Assembly (NCBI GenBank): GCA_028693195.1
Contig: JAQUVV010000001.1
Location: 1-57,824 of the forward strand
Reading direction: 5' to 3'
Length of the DNA: 57,824 bases
Source of the DNA: Lachnospira sp.
GTDB taxonomy: Bacteria; Bacillota; Clostridia; Lachnospirales; Lachnospiraceae
Shown here: one piece after another, positions 57,626 through 57,824 of the stretch
Position numbering within the stretch: the first letter of the stretch is position 1
How the letters are laid out: each line of letters opens with the position of its first letter
Notes under the pieces: generated by a model
Told to the model about the DNA's origin: nothing
Seen by the model: only the letters and a program-made list of their open reading frames with translations
Databases searched by the model: none
Made by a program: the position numbers and the translations under genes

Positions 57626-57824
57626 AATTCCTCCATTGCTTTATAACTATGTCCAAAGCCTAAAAAACTCTATACGTGTATATATACGGGTATTTGCGTA
57701 TATCACATATTCTTTCTTTTATTTTTATTTAATAATAGAATCATGAGCAATGTTAGCAATAGGCGGCCGCAAACCGGCTTCACCACTAGCGTGCAGCCAT
57801 TTCTATTGCTATTGCATTTCCCAT

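Larger units (their letters stand above)
44036..57824 (-). mobile_element. Degenerate cos-type prophage-like element (replication, packaging and modification modules); continues past the right edge, cargo may extend leftward
   Basis: Gene order VRR-NUC, SNF2, late regulator, HNH, methylase, amidoligase, DUF4314, terS, terL, portal'; no capsid, tail or integrase in the window. Confidence 0.85.

Overview
Low-GC Firmicute DNA, most consistent with a Lachnospiraceae-type clostridium (inferred from gene content). (1) 1-22 kb looks like host chromosome: a WYL regulator end, nudC, a small unannotated membrane peptide, a GGDEF cyclase, an ArAE exporter and a CitA/CitB-type two-component system. It also holds a reductive C4-dicarboxylate module on the minus strand: class I fumarase, an LDH-fold enzyme with the MDH-type Arg, hdrBCA-flxDCBA, a soluble two-subunit fumarate reductase with no membrane anchor, and an AspT/YidE exporter. 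Both promoters of this module carry the same Rex-like operator. A DUF134-NifB/NifX fusion and deoC follow. (2) 22-44 kb is accessory cargo: a small alarmone synthetase, two giant xxTGD-anchored surface proteins (one cut off from its signal peptide by two in-frame TAA codons), a BirA-controlled bioYBD operon lacking bioA, a LytTR/GHKL pair, an AAA_14-DUF4143 ATPase between 38-bp direct repeats, and a 5'-truncated surface protein. (3) 44-57.8 kb is a degenerate cos-type prophage-like element: VRR-NUC, SNF2, HNH, candidate cos, radical SAM, ParB-methylase, amidoligase, terS, terL, and a portal gene truncated and fused to cargo. It carries a PLD-nuclease moron, a SymE-like gene, repeated promoter cassettes and a predicted SD-sequestering pseudoknot. 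I saw no CRISPR array, rRNA, tRNA or integrase. All family assignments come from motif recognition by eye; no searches were run.
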